A stretch of 64,000 bases of DNA from an uncultured Alphaproteobacteria bacterium. Its GTDB lineage: Bacteria > Pseudomonadota > Alphaproteobacteria > HIMB59 > GCA-002718135. The stretch covers positions 35,014 to 99,013 of the forward strand of contig CACMET010000001.1 of the NCBI GenBank assembly GCA_902612825.1, in the 5' to 3' direction. How positions within the stretch are numbered: position 1 is the stretch's first letter; the number at the start of each line of letters is the position of its first letter. Shown here piece after piece: positions 30,682-39,764 of this stretch. The notes below the pieces were generated by a model, which did not search any database, was not told the origin of the DNA, and saw nothing but the letters and a program-made list of their open reading frames with translations. The position numbers and the translations under genes were made by a program.

Positions 30682-31727
30682 AAATTAGAAACAACAAGAA
30701 AATTAAATAATTTTCCCATCCTATCATTATTAATTAATCTATCCACTTCTTCATCTAATAAATTTTTATTCAAATTTGAATTTTTAGTTAGCAATTTTTT
30801 CTTTCGTTCTAGAATCCCATATTTTATTAAAAAATCTCTTTGTGTAACAAATTCGTTGATTTGTAATTTGTTTTGTTTTGCTATTTCAATTAGTTCATTG
30901 AAATTTACATGACTTGAAATGTCTTGTTGGCCAATATTTTCAAATATACTTGTTTTTTTATGATTATATATTGCTTGTAACGTAAAGTTTTTTAATTTTT
31001 TATTATATCCATAATCGATTAAAATACATATACCTCTATTTTTTTTTAGATTTTTACAAATTTGTTCGAAATATCTATTTCTTGAAAAAGAAACTTCATA
31101 AATTTTTTGTTTTTTGTATTTATTTAAATAATCTAATATTTTTTTACTAATTACTCGTTTATTTATAGAATAATATTTATTTTCCTCTTCATTTAATTTT
31201 ACATATCTTTCAAACCAATGATTATTATCATTTGAAAATTGTCTTACAGGAAAGCAGTCAAAAAATTCATTAGAATATATTATTGAAGGCAGTTTAGATC
31301 TGAAATTTAAAGCTTTTGACCATCTAATTTTTGATTGCTTAAAATAATTTAAATTTTTCTCTTGTATTTTTCTTAATTCTTTATTTATTTCTATTAAATT
31401 AACATTAGCATTTTCGAAAAAGTTAGGAAGTATTTTTGCAGTTCTTTCAATATCCTTAAATAAGGTTCCATTCCCTGGTCCTAATTCAATTAAATTAAAT
31501 TTTGAGTTAATTTTTTCTTTCCAATTATAAACTAAATACACACCAATAATTTCTCCAAACATTTGTGAAATTTCTGGAGATGTAACAAAGTCAAATTTTC
31601 TTCCTATGGGTTTTTTTCTTAGGTAATAACCATTTTTTCCAAAAAGAGCCATTTCTATAAATTTATCTAAACGAAAATTTTTTTTATTAAGAATTTTTAC
31701 TTTATTAATTTTTCTTTTGCTTAACAT
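30678..31727 (-). CDS. SAM-dependent methyltransferase, DUF185 (NDUFAF7/MidA-like)
   Basis: 349 aa. ELGPGNGTL SAM loop and family-typical length. Confidence 0.7.
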   Translation of the reverse strand: MLSKRKINKVKILNKKNFRLDKFIEMALFGKNGYYLRKKPIGRKFDFVTSPEISQMFGEIIGVYLVYNWKEKINSKFNLIELGPGNGTLFKDIERTAKILPNFFENANVNLIEINKELRKIQEKNLNYFKQSKIRWSKALNFRSKLPSIIYSNEFFDCFPVRQFSNDNNHWFERYVKLNEEENKYYSINKRVISKKILDYLNKYKKQKIYEVSFSRNRYFEQICKNLKKNRGICILIDYGYNKKLKNFTLQAIYNHKKTSIFENIGQQDISSHVNFNELIEIAKQNKLQINEFVTQRDFLIKYGILERKKKLLTKNSNLNKNLLDEEVDRLINNDRMGKLFNFLVVSNL

Positions 31728-32496
31728 TTATAATTATCAATATTCCAAAAATAAAAAAAGGTATACAAAGTATTTGCCCCATTGAAATAAAATTAAAAAA
31801 TAATCCTAGGTGCAAATCTGGTTCTCTGACGTATTCAATTATAAATCTAAATATGGAATAAAATATTAAAAAGAGACCACTAATTGCTCCATAAATTTTG
31901 TATTTTCTTGTCTTGTAAAAATAGATTAATAATATGAGAAATAAAATAATTCCTTCGAGAAAAGCTTCATATATTTGAGAGGGATGCCTTTGTATATTAT
32001 CTATTGATGGATAAATAACTGAAATATAAAAATCAGTTGGTCTACCTATTAGTTCTGTATTAATAAAGTTTGCAATTCTACCAAAAAATAATCCAATAGG
32101 AGCTACGATTGAAACTAAATCACATAGGTAGAAAAAACTTTTGCTATTAATTTTTGCAAAAATTAAAGTACTTATTATTATGCCCATCAACCCACCATGA
32201 AATGACATTCCTCCATTCCAAATTTCAAATAGATAAAAAGGATTAGTTAAAAATTCATTAAATTGATAAAAAATCACATAACCTGTTCGCCCTCCGATAA
32301 TTACACCTAATACTGCCCAAATAAGAAAGCTATCTATATTTTTATTACTGTATTGATTTCCATAAATTGGGTTTAATTTTTTAATAATATAAATTCCTAA
32401 TAGAAATCCCAAGATATATGCTAAACTGTACCATCTTATCTCGATGAAACCGATTGATACGATCACAGGATCTATTGATGGTTGAATAAAATTCAT
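31705..32496 (-). CDS. lgt: Prolipoprotein diacylglyceryl transferase
   Basis: 263 aa. FFGRIANFINTELIGRPT and RHPSQIYE motifs. Confidence 0.92.
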   Translation of the reverse strand: MNFIQPSIDPVIVSIGFIEIRWYSLAYILGFLLGIYIIKKLNPIYGNQYSNKNIDSFLIWAVLGVIIGGRTGYVIFYQFNEFLTNPFYLFEIWNGGMSFHGGLMGIIISTLIFAKINSKSFFYLCDLVSIVAPIGLFFGRIANFINTELIGRPTDFYISVIYPSIDNIQRHPSQIYEAFLEGIILFLILLIYFYKTRKYKIYGAISGLFLIFYSIFRFIIEYVREPDLHLGLFFNFISMGQILCIPFFIFGILIIINVKQKKN

Positions 32497-32519
32497 TTAT
32501 CTATATTTAATATTATAAC

Positions 32520-32810
32520 ATGGTTGATAGAAACAAAATACTTTCCGATTTATCAAAATTTGCGGTGGATGCTATGAGTACTTTTTCAGGTGTTAAAGAA
32601 GAGATTGAAACAATTGTATCTTTACGAGTTAACAAAATAATAAAAAAAATGAATCTTGTTAAAAAAGATGAATTTGATGCACTGAAAAAAATGGTGCAAA
32701 AAGTAATGATGGAAAATGAAAAATTTAAAAAAACATCTTCAAGATCAGTAAAATCTAAGAAAAAAACAGTCAAAAAGAAAAAAACTATTAAAAAGAAATC
32801 AAAAAGGTAG
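32520..32810 (+). CDS. UbiK/YqiC (BMFP) family accessory protein with Lys-rich tail
   Basis: 96 aa. Coiled-coil LVKKDEFDALKKMV pattern of the UbiK family. The antisense 113-aa ORF is low-complexity. Confidence 0.6.
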   Translation: MVDRNKILSDLSKFAVDAMSTFSGVKEEIETIVSLRVNKIIKKMNLVKKDEFDALKKMVQKVMMENEKFKKTSSRSVKSKKKTVKKKKTIKKKSKR

Positions 32811-32918
32811 GAATCCTCAACTAATTCACATTTTTTATAGATTTTACCTTGCAAAATACGAGTCCAATCTAGTAATCAAGATATAGTACTAATTATATGT
32901 GCCATGACTATATAGTGT

Positions 32919-33407
32919 ATGGAAAATGAGAATATATTGTTAAATCCCATAGATATCATTGAAGATGTTATTCATCAAAAAAAATGGAATTTTAGTAGAG
33001 CTGCTGATCATGAATTGGTTGCTGAGATAGCATCCCATTGGTGCGCTTACAGATTATATTTTACATGGTCTGAAAATATTAATGCGCTAAGTTTTTCAAT
33101 AACTTTTGATATTAAGTTTCCTGAAACTAAACTTAGTAAGGCGTATGAACTACTAGGACTTATAAATGAGAATTTATGGATTGGGCATTTTGATATAACA
33201 AGTAAAAATGGTATCCCAGCTTTTAGACATACTTTATTATCAAATAATTCAACAGAAATATTGCACAAAAAATTTGAAGATCTTGTTGATATTGGAATTT
33301 ATGAATGTGAAAAATTTTATCCAAGTTTTCAGCAAGTTCTCTTTGATGATATTCCTCCTAAAGAAGCTATAAAATTTTCTAATTTTGAAGTTATTGGTAG
33401 AGCTTAA
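32919..33407 (+). CDS. YbjN-domain protein
   Basis: 162 aa. Pattern and position immediately upstream of proC, as in many alphaproteobacteria. Confidence 0.6.
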   Translation: MENENILLNPIDIIEDVIHQKKWNFSRAADHELVAEIASHWCAYRLYFTWSENINALSFSITFDIKFPETKLSKAYELLGLINENLWIGHFDITSKNGIPAFRHTLLSNNSTEILHKKFEDLVDIGIYECEKFYPSFQQVLFDDIPPKEAIKFSNFEVIGRA

Positions 33408-33439
33408 TTTTTATAATAAAACTGCTATATTATAGATAG

Positions 33440-34255
33440 ATGAAAAATATCTTATTAATTGGATGTGGTCATATGGGAGGATCTTTAATGTCCAGATGGT
33501 CTAACTCTAAGAATTATATCATCAGTGTTTTAGATAAAAAAAAATATTCAATTCTTAAAAAAAGAAATAGAAATAAGAAGATAAAATTTTTTAAATCAAT
33601 TGATGATATCAATAATCAAAATAATTTTGATTATATAATTTTTGCAACTCGACCAATTGAATTAACAAATGTCTTTAAAGAATTAAAAAATGCAAATTTT
33701 AATAAAAAATCTATAGCAATAAGTGTAATAGCTGGCAAAAAAACAGAAATTTTCAAAAAAAATTTATTAAATATTAGTAAAATTGTAAGAGTAATGCCAA
33801 ACATGCCAGCTTTAATAGGAGAGGGCGTTCATTGCATTTATACGAATAAATATATTAGTAAAAAAGAAATTAAAGAAATTGATAAATTGTTCTCTCTGAG
33901 TGGTAAAACTCTTTTTTTTAATAGTGAAACTTTTATAGACAAAGCAACCGCTGTATCAGGGAGTGGTCCGGGTTTTATATTTCAGTTAATTGATATCATG
34001 GAAAAATCTGCAATTAATTTAGGTTTTTCCAAAAACACAGCTAAAATCTTAATTAATGAAACTTTAAGAGGTTCTTTAAATCTATTAAACTCTAATAATA
34101 TTTCTGCTGAAAAAATGGTTGAAACTGTTGCAACTAGAGGAGGTACAACCGAAGCAGGAATCAAGAAAATGAGAATATATAAGGTTGATAATATTTTTAA
34201 CCAGGTTTTTAAGGCAGCATATATAAGGGCAAAACAACAAGGTGAAGGTAAGTGA
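33440..34255 (+). CDS. proC: Pyrroline-5-carboxylate reductase
   Basis: 271 aa. Rossmann LIGCGHMGGSL and ATRGGTTEAG motif. Confidence 0.88.
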   Translation: MKNILLIGCGHMGGSLMSRWSNSKNYIISVLDKKKYSILKKRNRNKKIKFFKSIDDINNQNNFDYIIFATRPIELTNVFKELKNANFNKKSIAISVIAGKKTEIFKKNLLNISKIVRVMPNMPALIGEGVHCIYTNKYISKKEIKEIDKLFSLSGKTLFFNSETFIDKATAVSGSGPGFIFQLIDIMEKSAINLGFSKNTAKILINETLRGSLNLLNSNNISAEKMVETVATRGGTTEAGIKKMRIYKVDNIFNQVFKAAYIRAKQQGEGK

Positions 34256-34788
34256 ATCAAAATAAAATATCTCTAGCAAAAAAGACTTTACAATATTTAG
34301 AGAAAAAAAAATTAAGAGACATTAATCTTAAAAATTTTTTATCTAATACTAAAGTACCAAATATGAATAATAAAATTGATTTAATTTTAAATATTAATGA
34401 CTTCTTTGATTTTCAATTAAAAAAAAATCTTGTTAATATAGAAAAGTCATCACAGAGAGATATGTTATTTGAAATTATGATGGCACGTTATGATATATTG
34501 AATGAATATAGAACTTCTGTAAAAAATATAATTAATTATTTTATGTTTAGACCACAAGGAGTTTTAAAACTTATTCCTAAATTAATTGAGAGCAAAATTT
34601 TAATTGCTACTTTTGCAGATATTAATCCTAGTGGAATTCAGGGTGTTATAAAAATAAAAATTATTTTTGCGCTTTATTATATAACTTTATTTACTTGGTT
34701 TAATGATGAGAATGAAAGTTTAGAAAAAACAATGAGTGTCTTAGATAAATATTTAAACAATATTGAAAAAGTTATAAAATTTTCATGA
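34252..34788 (+). CDS. COQ9-like / rpsU-divergently-transcribed family protein (tentative)
   Basis: 178 aa, helical. Weak recollection of the alphaproteobacterial COQ9-like family. Confidence 0.4.
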   Translation: MNQNKISLAKKTLQYLEKKKLRDINLKNFLSNTKVPNMNNKIDLILNINDFFDFQLKKNLVNIEKSSQRDMLFEIMMARYDILNEYRTSVKNIINYFMFRPQGVLKLIPKLIESKILIATFADINPSGIQGVIKIKIIFALYYITLFTWFNDENESLEKTMSVLDKYLNNIEKVIKFS

Positions 34789-35132
34789 ACTCTAACAATT
34801 TTATAAATTACAAAGAATTTGAAAATGTAGATATAAGGATAGGAACAGTAATCGAAGCGTATGAATATAATGAACTTAAAAAACCATCCATAATTTTGAA
34901 TATAGATTTTGGTGAAAAAATTGGTATAAAAAAAACTTCTGCACAATTACAAAAAAATTATAAAAGTAATGAATTAATTAATAAGCAAGTAATTGCTGTT
35001 GTAAACTTTGAGCCTAAACAAATTGGTAAAATTATTTCAGAAGTATTAGTGCTTGGTGTGCCAGATTTAGAAAACGAACCAATTTTATTGTCTCCAGATA
35101 AACCAGTAAATAATGGGGGTAAATTATTTTAA
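34785..35132 (+). CDS. tRNA-binding (CsaA/YgjH-like OB-fold) protein
   Basis: 115 aa. DIRIGTVIEA...KKPSIILNIDFGE pattern. Confidence 0.8.
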   Translation: MNSNNFINYKEFENVDIRIGTVIEAYEYNELKKPSIILNIDFGEKIGIKKTSAQLQKNYKSNELINKQVIAVVNFEPKQIGKIISEVLVLGVPDLENEPILLSPDKPVNNGGKLF

Positions 35133-35134
35133 AG

Positions 35135-36427
35135 TCAAAGAGGAAGTAAAACTTTAAGTTGAAGACCTCCTAGATTTGAGTCAGATAATTTAACATCACC
35201 TCCGTGTGATCTAATAATATCCCTTGTAATAGTTAATCCTAAACCGCTTTCTCCTTTAAGTTTGTTCCTTGAGGGATCTAAAGTAAAAAATGGTTTAAAT
35301 ACATCTTCATATCTATCTCTTGGTATACCCTGACCATCATCATTAAATTCAATGACACAATCTTTTTCATTTGTATAAAGAATTATTTCAATTTTTTTTG
35401 CATATCTTTGCGAATTGTCAATTATGTTATTAAAAGCTCTTTTAAGTTGGATCTGTCTACCAGAAGTTTTAATAGTTTTTTTTTCTTTTATAGATAACTC
35501 AATACCACTTTTTTCAACTGTCTTTATAATATCACCAATTAATTCATTAATTATAATTGTTTCTATTGGCTCAGGTGATTCTGTTTTTACAAAACTAACA
35601 TAACTATCCAACATTGAAGTCATTTCATTAACATCTACTTCTAGTTCAGATTTTGCTTTCTCATCTTTCATCAATGAAATTTGCAATTTCATTCTTGTTA
35701 AAGGAGTTCTGAGATCATGGCTAACACCAGCTAGCATTTCTGTTCTTTGCTTTAAAAATCTTTTGATTCTTGTTCTCATCTGATTGAAAGCATTAGCCGT
35801 TTGTCTTATTTCATATGCGCCTGCAGTCTTAATATCTGGAGCATCTAAACCTCTTCCAAATGTCTCAGCAATTATTGCCAGTCTTTTAAGGGGTCTTAAT
35901 TGTCTACTCATTAAAAAGTAAGACATAAAAAAAAGAATAATAGAGGCAAAAATCATCCAAAGCAAAAAGACAAAAGCAGATTCACTATAAAGCCTATCTT
36001 TATTAACATTAATTTCTAAAATATCCTCATCAATTTGAATATATATTAGAACACCCTCTTCAAGATTTGACAAATCATAATCAAAATTTTTTTTCAAATT
36101 ACTTAAAGATTGATTTAATCTATTAGATAATATTCCTGAATTTAAACTAAATTTTGAAGACAATAATTGTTTATCACTAATAATATTAATTTTCATTTTA
36201 AAATCCTGATTTGCTATATTAATTGCATTATCAGTCAGATCACTATTAATTAATTTTACTAAAACATTAATGTCAGCAGCCACAGATTCGGTTAGTCTTT
36301 TAGAAATAATACTCCACGAGGTTTGATAAAAAACAAAAGAAGTAAGTAGGACTATAATAATTATAGGTACAAAGATAATAATTATTGATCTTCCAATTAG
36401 TGTAGAAGGTATTATTTTTTTAATCAT
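35135..36427 (-). CDS. Sensor histidine kinase (EnvZ-like)
   Basis: 430 aa. Two TM segments, H-box AGVSHDLRTPLT, N/G boxes NIIDNSQRY, DDGQGI, GESGLGLTI. Confidence 0.88.
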   Translation of the reverse strand: MIKKIIPSTLIGRSIIIIFVPIIIIVLLTSFVFYQTSWSIISKRLTESVAADINVLVKLINSDLTDNAINIANQDFKMKINIISDKQLLSSKFSLNSGILSNRLNQSLSNLKKNFDYDLSNLEEGVLIYIQIDEDILEINVNKDRLYSESAFVFLLWMIFASIILFFMSYFLMSRQLRPLKRLAIIAETFGRGLDAPDIKTAGAYEIRQTANAFNQMRTRIKRFLKQRTEMLAGVSHDLRTPLTRMKLQISLMKDEKAKSELEVDVNEMTSMLDSYVSFVKTESPEPIETIIINELIGDIIKTVEKSGIELSIKEKKTIKTSGRQIQLKRAFNNIIDNSQRYAKKIEIILYTNEKDCVIEFNDDGQGIPRDRYEDVFKPFFTLDPSRNKLKGESGLGLTITRDIIRSHGGDVKLSDSNLGGLQLKVLLPL

Positions 36428-37107
36428 TAAATTTCATTACAAATTAATTTATATCCTTTACCTCTAATAGTTTTAATAAATTGAGGTTGTTTTGCATTTG
36501 TTTCAATTTTTTGTCTTAAACGCGTAACTTGTACATCAACTTTTCTAAGTTCAGTTTCATCAAACTCCTGTTCTGCTAGTTCTTCTCTTAAAACAATATC
36601 ATTTCTTTTATTTATTAATTTTACAAGTAAATTATTTTCTCCTTCTGTTAAATAAATTAATCTATCATTTTTTTGTAATTTAAAATTAGATGTATCAAAT
36701 GTAAATTCTCCAAACGAAATCTTAATTTTTTTGTTTTTAAGGTTTTCAAATAAATCTAATAAATTTTTAATTCTCAAAAATAATTCTTCTGGCTCAAATG
36801 GTTTAGATAAATAATCATCAGCACCAATTTTTAATCCATCAATTTTATCTTTATCCTCTCCCATTGCTGTAAGCATGATTATTGGTGTATTAGAAAATTG
36901 TTTTATATGTTCAATAAGCTCTATACCATCACCACTTGGCATCATTCTATCAAGAATGATTAAATCAAACAAAACAAGAGATACAATTTCTTTTGCTTCA
37001 TTGTAATCTTCACTTTGATAAACTTGTAATTTTTTTTCAGTTAAATAATCTTTTAGCAGTTCTCTCAATCTTTTATCATCATCAACAATCAAGATATTTT
37101 TATTCAT
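36427..37107 (-). CDS. OmpR/PhoB-family response regulator
   Basis: 226 aa. Receiver domain plus winged helix (VDVQVTRLRQKIE, IKTIRGKGYKL). Overlaps the kinase start. Confidence 0.9.
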   Translation of the reverse strand: MNKNILIVDDDKRLRELLKDYLTEKKLQVYQSEDYNEAKEIVSLVLFDLIILDRMMPSGDGIELIEHIKQFSNTPIIMLTAMGEDKDKIDGLKIGADDYLSKPFEPEELFLRIKNLLDLFENLKNKKIKISFGEFTFDTSNFKLQKNDRLIYLTEGENNLLVKLINKRNDIVLREELAEQEFDETELRKVDVQVTRLRQKIETNAKQPQFIKTIRGKGYKLICNEI

Positions 37108-37109
37108 TA

Positions 37110-37595
37110 TTATCTGTTTATTTCATGAAATTTTGCTTTATTTTTATCTTCGACCAATTCATAAAGTATTTTTTTAAAACCATTAATATCCATTTCATTA
37201 AATTTTAATAAAACATTACGTATTTTTTTTATTTGAATTTCAGATAATCTTTTCTCTAATTCTTGACCTTTTTTTGAAAGTATTAATTTCTTAGTGCGCT
37301 TATCTTCTCCAACAGATAATATAATATATTTTTCTTTTACAAGTTGGTTCAATACTCTAGACAAACTTTGTTTAGTAATTTTTAATATTGAAAGAAGATC
37401 CTTAATTGTAAGATTTTTTTGCTTTCCAACAAAATATATTACTCGATGATGTGCTCTACCAAAATTTATTTTTTCCAAAATTTTATCAGGACCTTCTGTA
37501 AAATCTCTATATGAGAAAAATAATAGCTCTATAATCTTCCTGATTTCCCTCTCATTTAAAAAAAGAGGTGTTAACAATTTATTTAGGTCAGCCAT
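37110..37595 (-). CDS. MarR-family transcriptional regulator
   Basis: 161 aa. wHTH LTIKDLLSILKITKQSLSRVLNQLVKEKYI. Confidence 0.8.
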   Translation of the reverse strand: MADLNKLLTPLFLNEREIRKIIELLFFSYRDFTEGPDKILEKINFGRAHHRVIYFVGKQKNLTIKDLLSILKITKQSLSRVLNQLVKEKYIILSVGEDKRTKKLILSKKGQELEKRLSEIQIKKIRNVLLKFNEMDINGFKKILYELVEDKNKAKFHEINR

Positions 37596-37627
37596 ATTGA
37601 CTTAATTATGCATCACTGATAGTCAAT
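37596..37627. promoter_or_regulatory. Inverted repeat ATTGACT-N18-AGTCAAT abutting the MarR start codon
   Basis: Perfect 7-bp arms in the MarR / ilvE divergent spacer. Candidate MarR operator. Confidence 0.3.
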
Positions 37628-37654
37628 TGTCATTAAAAAAAGTTAATAAAGAAA

Positions 37655-38539
37655 ATGCTTAAATCATTTGAAAATAGAGATGGATGGATTTGGATGAATG
37701 GTAAAATAATTCCATGGCAAGATGCAAATTCCCATGTAATCTCCCAAGGTCTTCATTATGCAAGCGCAGTATTTGAGGGAGAAAGGGCCTACAATGGTAA
37801 GATTTTTAAATCAGAGGAGCATACTAAAAGGTTTTTTAAATCTGCTGAAATAATTGGAATGGAAATTCCTTTCACGCATGATCAGATTAATAATGCAAAA
37901 TACGAACTTATTAATAAAATGAATTATAAAAATTGTTATGTAAGACCACTTGCTTGGAGAGGTGGAGATCAAATGGGTTTATCAACAGGTAAATCAAATA
38001 TCAATGTAGCTATTGCTGTTTGGGATGATTGGGCAACTTATTTTAAAATTGAAGATCAAAAAGCAGGTTTGAGATTAATTACATCTCCTTGGAAAAGACC
38101 TGCACCAGATACTGCTCCATATGAAGCAAAAGCTTCTGGACCCTACATTATTTGTACTCTGTCAAAAGAATTTGCAGAAAAAAAAGGCTATCACGATGCC
38201 TTGATGCTAGATTACAGAGGTTATGTTGCTGAAGGAACAGGAGCAAATATTTTTTTTATTAAGGACAATAATATCCATACTCCTATACCAGATTGTTTTC
38301 TTAATGGGATTACACGTCAAACAGTTATTGAAATGGCAACTAATCAAGGTTTTGAAATAACAGAAAAGCATTTAATGCCTGACGAAATCGGAAATTATGA
38401 TGAAGCTTTTTTAACGGGAACTGCTGCAGAAATTACTCCTATTAAATCCATTGACGATTTTAAATATAATACCGGCGATAATACTACTACTTTTAAATTT
38501 ATGAATGATTTTAGCGATATGGTTAAAAACTCTAGCTAG
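37655..38539 (+). CDS. ilvE: Branched-chain amino acid aminotransferase
   Basis: 294 aa, fold-type IV. FEGERAY and LTGTAAEITP motifs. Confidence 0.9.
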   Translation: MLKSFENRDGWIWMNGKIIPWQDANSHVISQGLHYASAVFEGERAYNGKIFKSEEHTKRFFKSAEIIGMEIPFTHDQINNAKYELINKMNYKNCYVRPLAWRGGDQMGLSTGKSNINVAIAVWDDWATYFKIEDQKAGLRLITSPWKRPAPDTAPYEAKASGPYIICTLSKEFAEKKGYHDALMLDYRGYVAEGTGANIFFIKDNNIHTPIPDCFLNGITRQTVIEMATNQGFEITEKHLMPDEIGNYDEAFLTGTAAEITPIKSIDDFKYNTGDNTTTFKFMNDFSDMVKNSS

Positions 38540-38948
38540 AATTTTCTAGCCATTTATTATCTTTATAATAAAATTCATTTTTCCAGAACGGTGCATCTTT
38601 TTTTAAATAATTCATAATAAACTCACAAGCTTCAAAACTATTTTTTCTATGTTGTGAAAAACAACATACTAAAACAATTTTTTCATTAACAATTAATTTT
38701 CCGTATCTATGAATTATCAAAGTATCAATTAAACTCCATTTTTCAGTCGCGTTATTTTCAATTTTTGATAATTCTTTAAATGCCATTTCTTCATAAACTT
38801 CTAAGTTTAAATATTTAACATCTTTATTGTTATTTAAATCTCTTACATACCCAACAAAAGAAGTTAGTGCCCCTATGTCTGAATGTTTATTTTTAATTTT
38901 TTCTATTTCTTCTTCTAAATTAAAATTTTTTTTTTGTATTTTTATCAT
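38532..38948 (-). CDS. moaE: Molybdopterin synthase catalytic subunit
   Basis: 138 aa. GALTSFVGYVRD, IHRYGKL and PFWKNE motifs. Confidence 0.85.
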   Translation of the reverse strand: MIKIQKKNFNLEEEIEKIKNKHSDIGALTSFVGYVRDLNNNKDVKYLNLEVYEEMAFKELSKIENNATEKWSLIDTLIIHRYGKLIVNEKIVLVCCFSQHRKNSFEACEFIMNYLKKDAPFWKNEFYYKDNKWLENSS

Positions 38949-39193
38949 TATCCACCACTAACTGGCGGAAAGATTGCAATTTCATCAATTGGTTTTAAAT
39001 TCAAATTTTCTGAAACATATTCTTGATTAACTGCGAATCTTAAAACATCTTGTAAAAAATGTTTTTTTAACTCAGGGTATAAATTTTCTAAATATTTTTT
39101 TAATTCTTGTATGGATTTAGGGTGATTTATATCAATTATTTCGTATTCTTTATTTGTTATATCCTTAATCCAAGCAAAATATCGAATTCTCAT
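38948..39193 (-). CDS. moaD: Molybdopterin synthase sulfur carrier subunit
   Basis: 81 aa ending PPVSGG. Immediately upstream of moaE. Confidence 0.8.
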   Translation of the reverse strand: MRIRYFAWIKDITNKEYEIIDINHPKSIQELKKYLENLYPELKKHFLQDVLRFAVNQEYVSENLNLKPIDEIAIFPPVSGG

Positions 39194-39194
39194 T

Positions 39195-39737
39195 TTAAAA
39201 ATGTTTTATTGATCCTTTAATATAATCATAGGCTGTGTAGAGAGTTAGAATTCCGGCAACCCATAGAAAAGTCTTACCTAAATAAATAATAAAAAATAAA
39301 TTTAGATTGCTCTCGGATAATATAAGTAATCCAAGTGAAGCTAGTTGAAGGAAGGTTTTTGCTTTTGCAATTCTTGAAACTGGTATACTAATTTTTATCC
39401 CCGCTAAGTATTCCCTTAAACCTGATACCGTTATTTCTCTTAGTAATATTATTAGGGCTGGAATAGTATCCCAGTCTTTTATTACACCCTTTGAAGTTAA
39501 AATAAGAATAACTGCTGCTACTAATAATTTATCTGCAATTGGATCTAAAAATGTTCCAAAGTTTGTAACTTCATTTCTTAGTCTTGCTAAATAACCATCA
39601 AAGTAATCTGTTATTCCAGCTAAACAAAATAAAATAAAGGCAATCCAGCCAAAGTATGGATTCGTAAGATATATACAAAGCACTATAATTGGGATTATAA
39701 CTATTCTAATTATTGTCAGAATATTTGATAAATTCAT
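39195..39737 (-). CDS. pgsA: CDP-diacylglycerol--glycerol-3-phosphate 3-phosphatidyltransferase
   Basis: 180 aa. DYFDGYLAR...G..LDPIADK CDP-alcohol phosphotransferase motif. Confidence 0.9.
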   Translation of the reverse strand: MNLSNILTIIRIVIIPIIVLCIYLTNPYFGWIAFILFCLAGITDYFDGYLARLRNEVTNFGTFLDPIADKLLVAAVILILTSKGVIKDWDTIPALIILLREITVSGLREYLAGIKISIPVSRIAKAKTFLQLASLGLLILSESNLNLFFIIYLGKTFLWVAGILTLYTAYDYIKGSIKHF

Positions 39738-39764
39738 TTCTATTCTTTGTAGATGAAGAATTTT

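Noticed and set aside
32513-32854. 113-aa minus-strand ORF fully overlapping the UbiK-like gene.
   Set aside because: It is a low-complexity Phe/Leu-rich translation, the antisense of a Lys-rich coding region. The plus-strand product has a recognisable family pattern.
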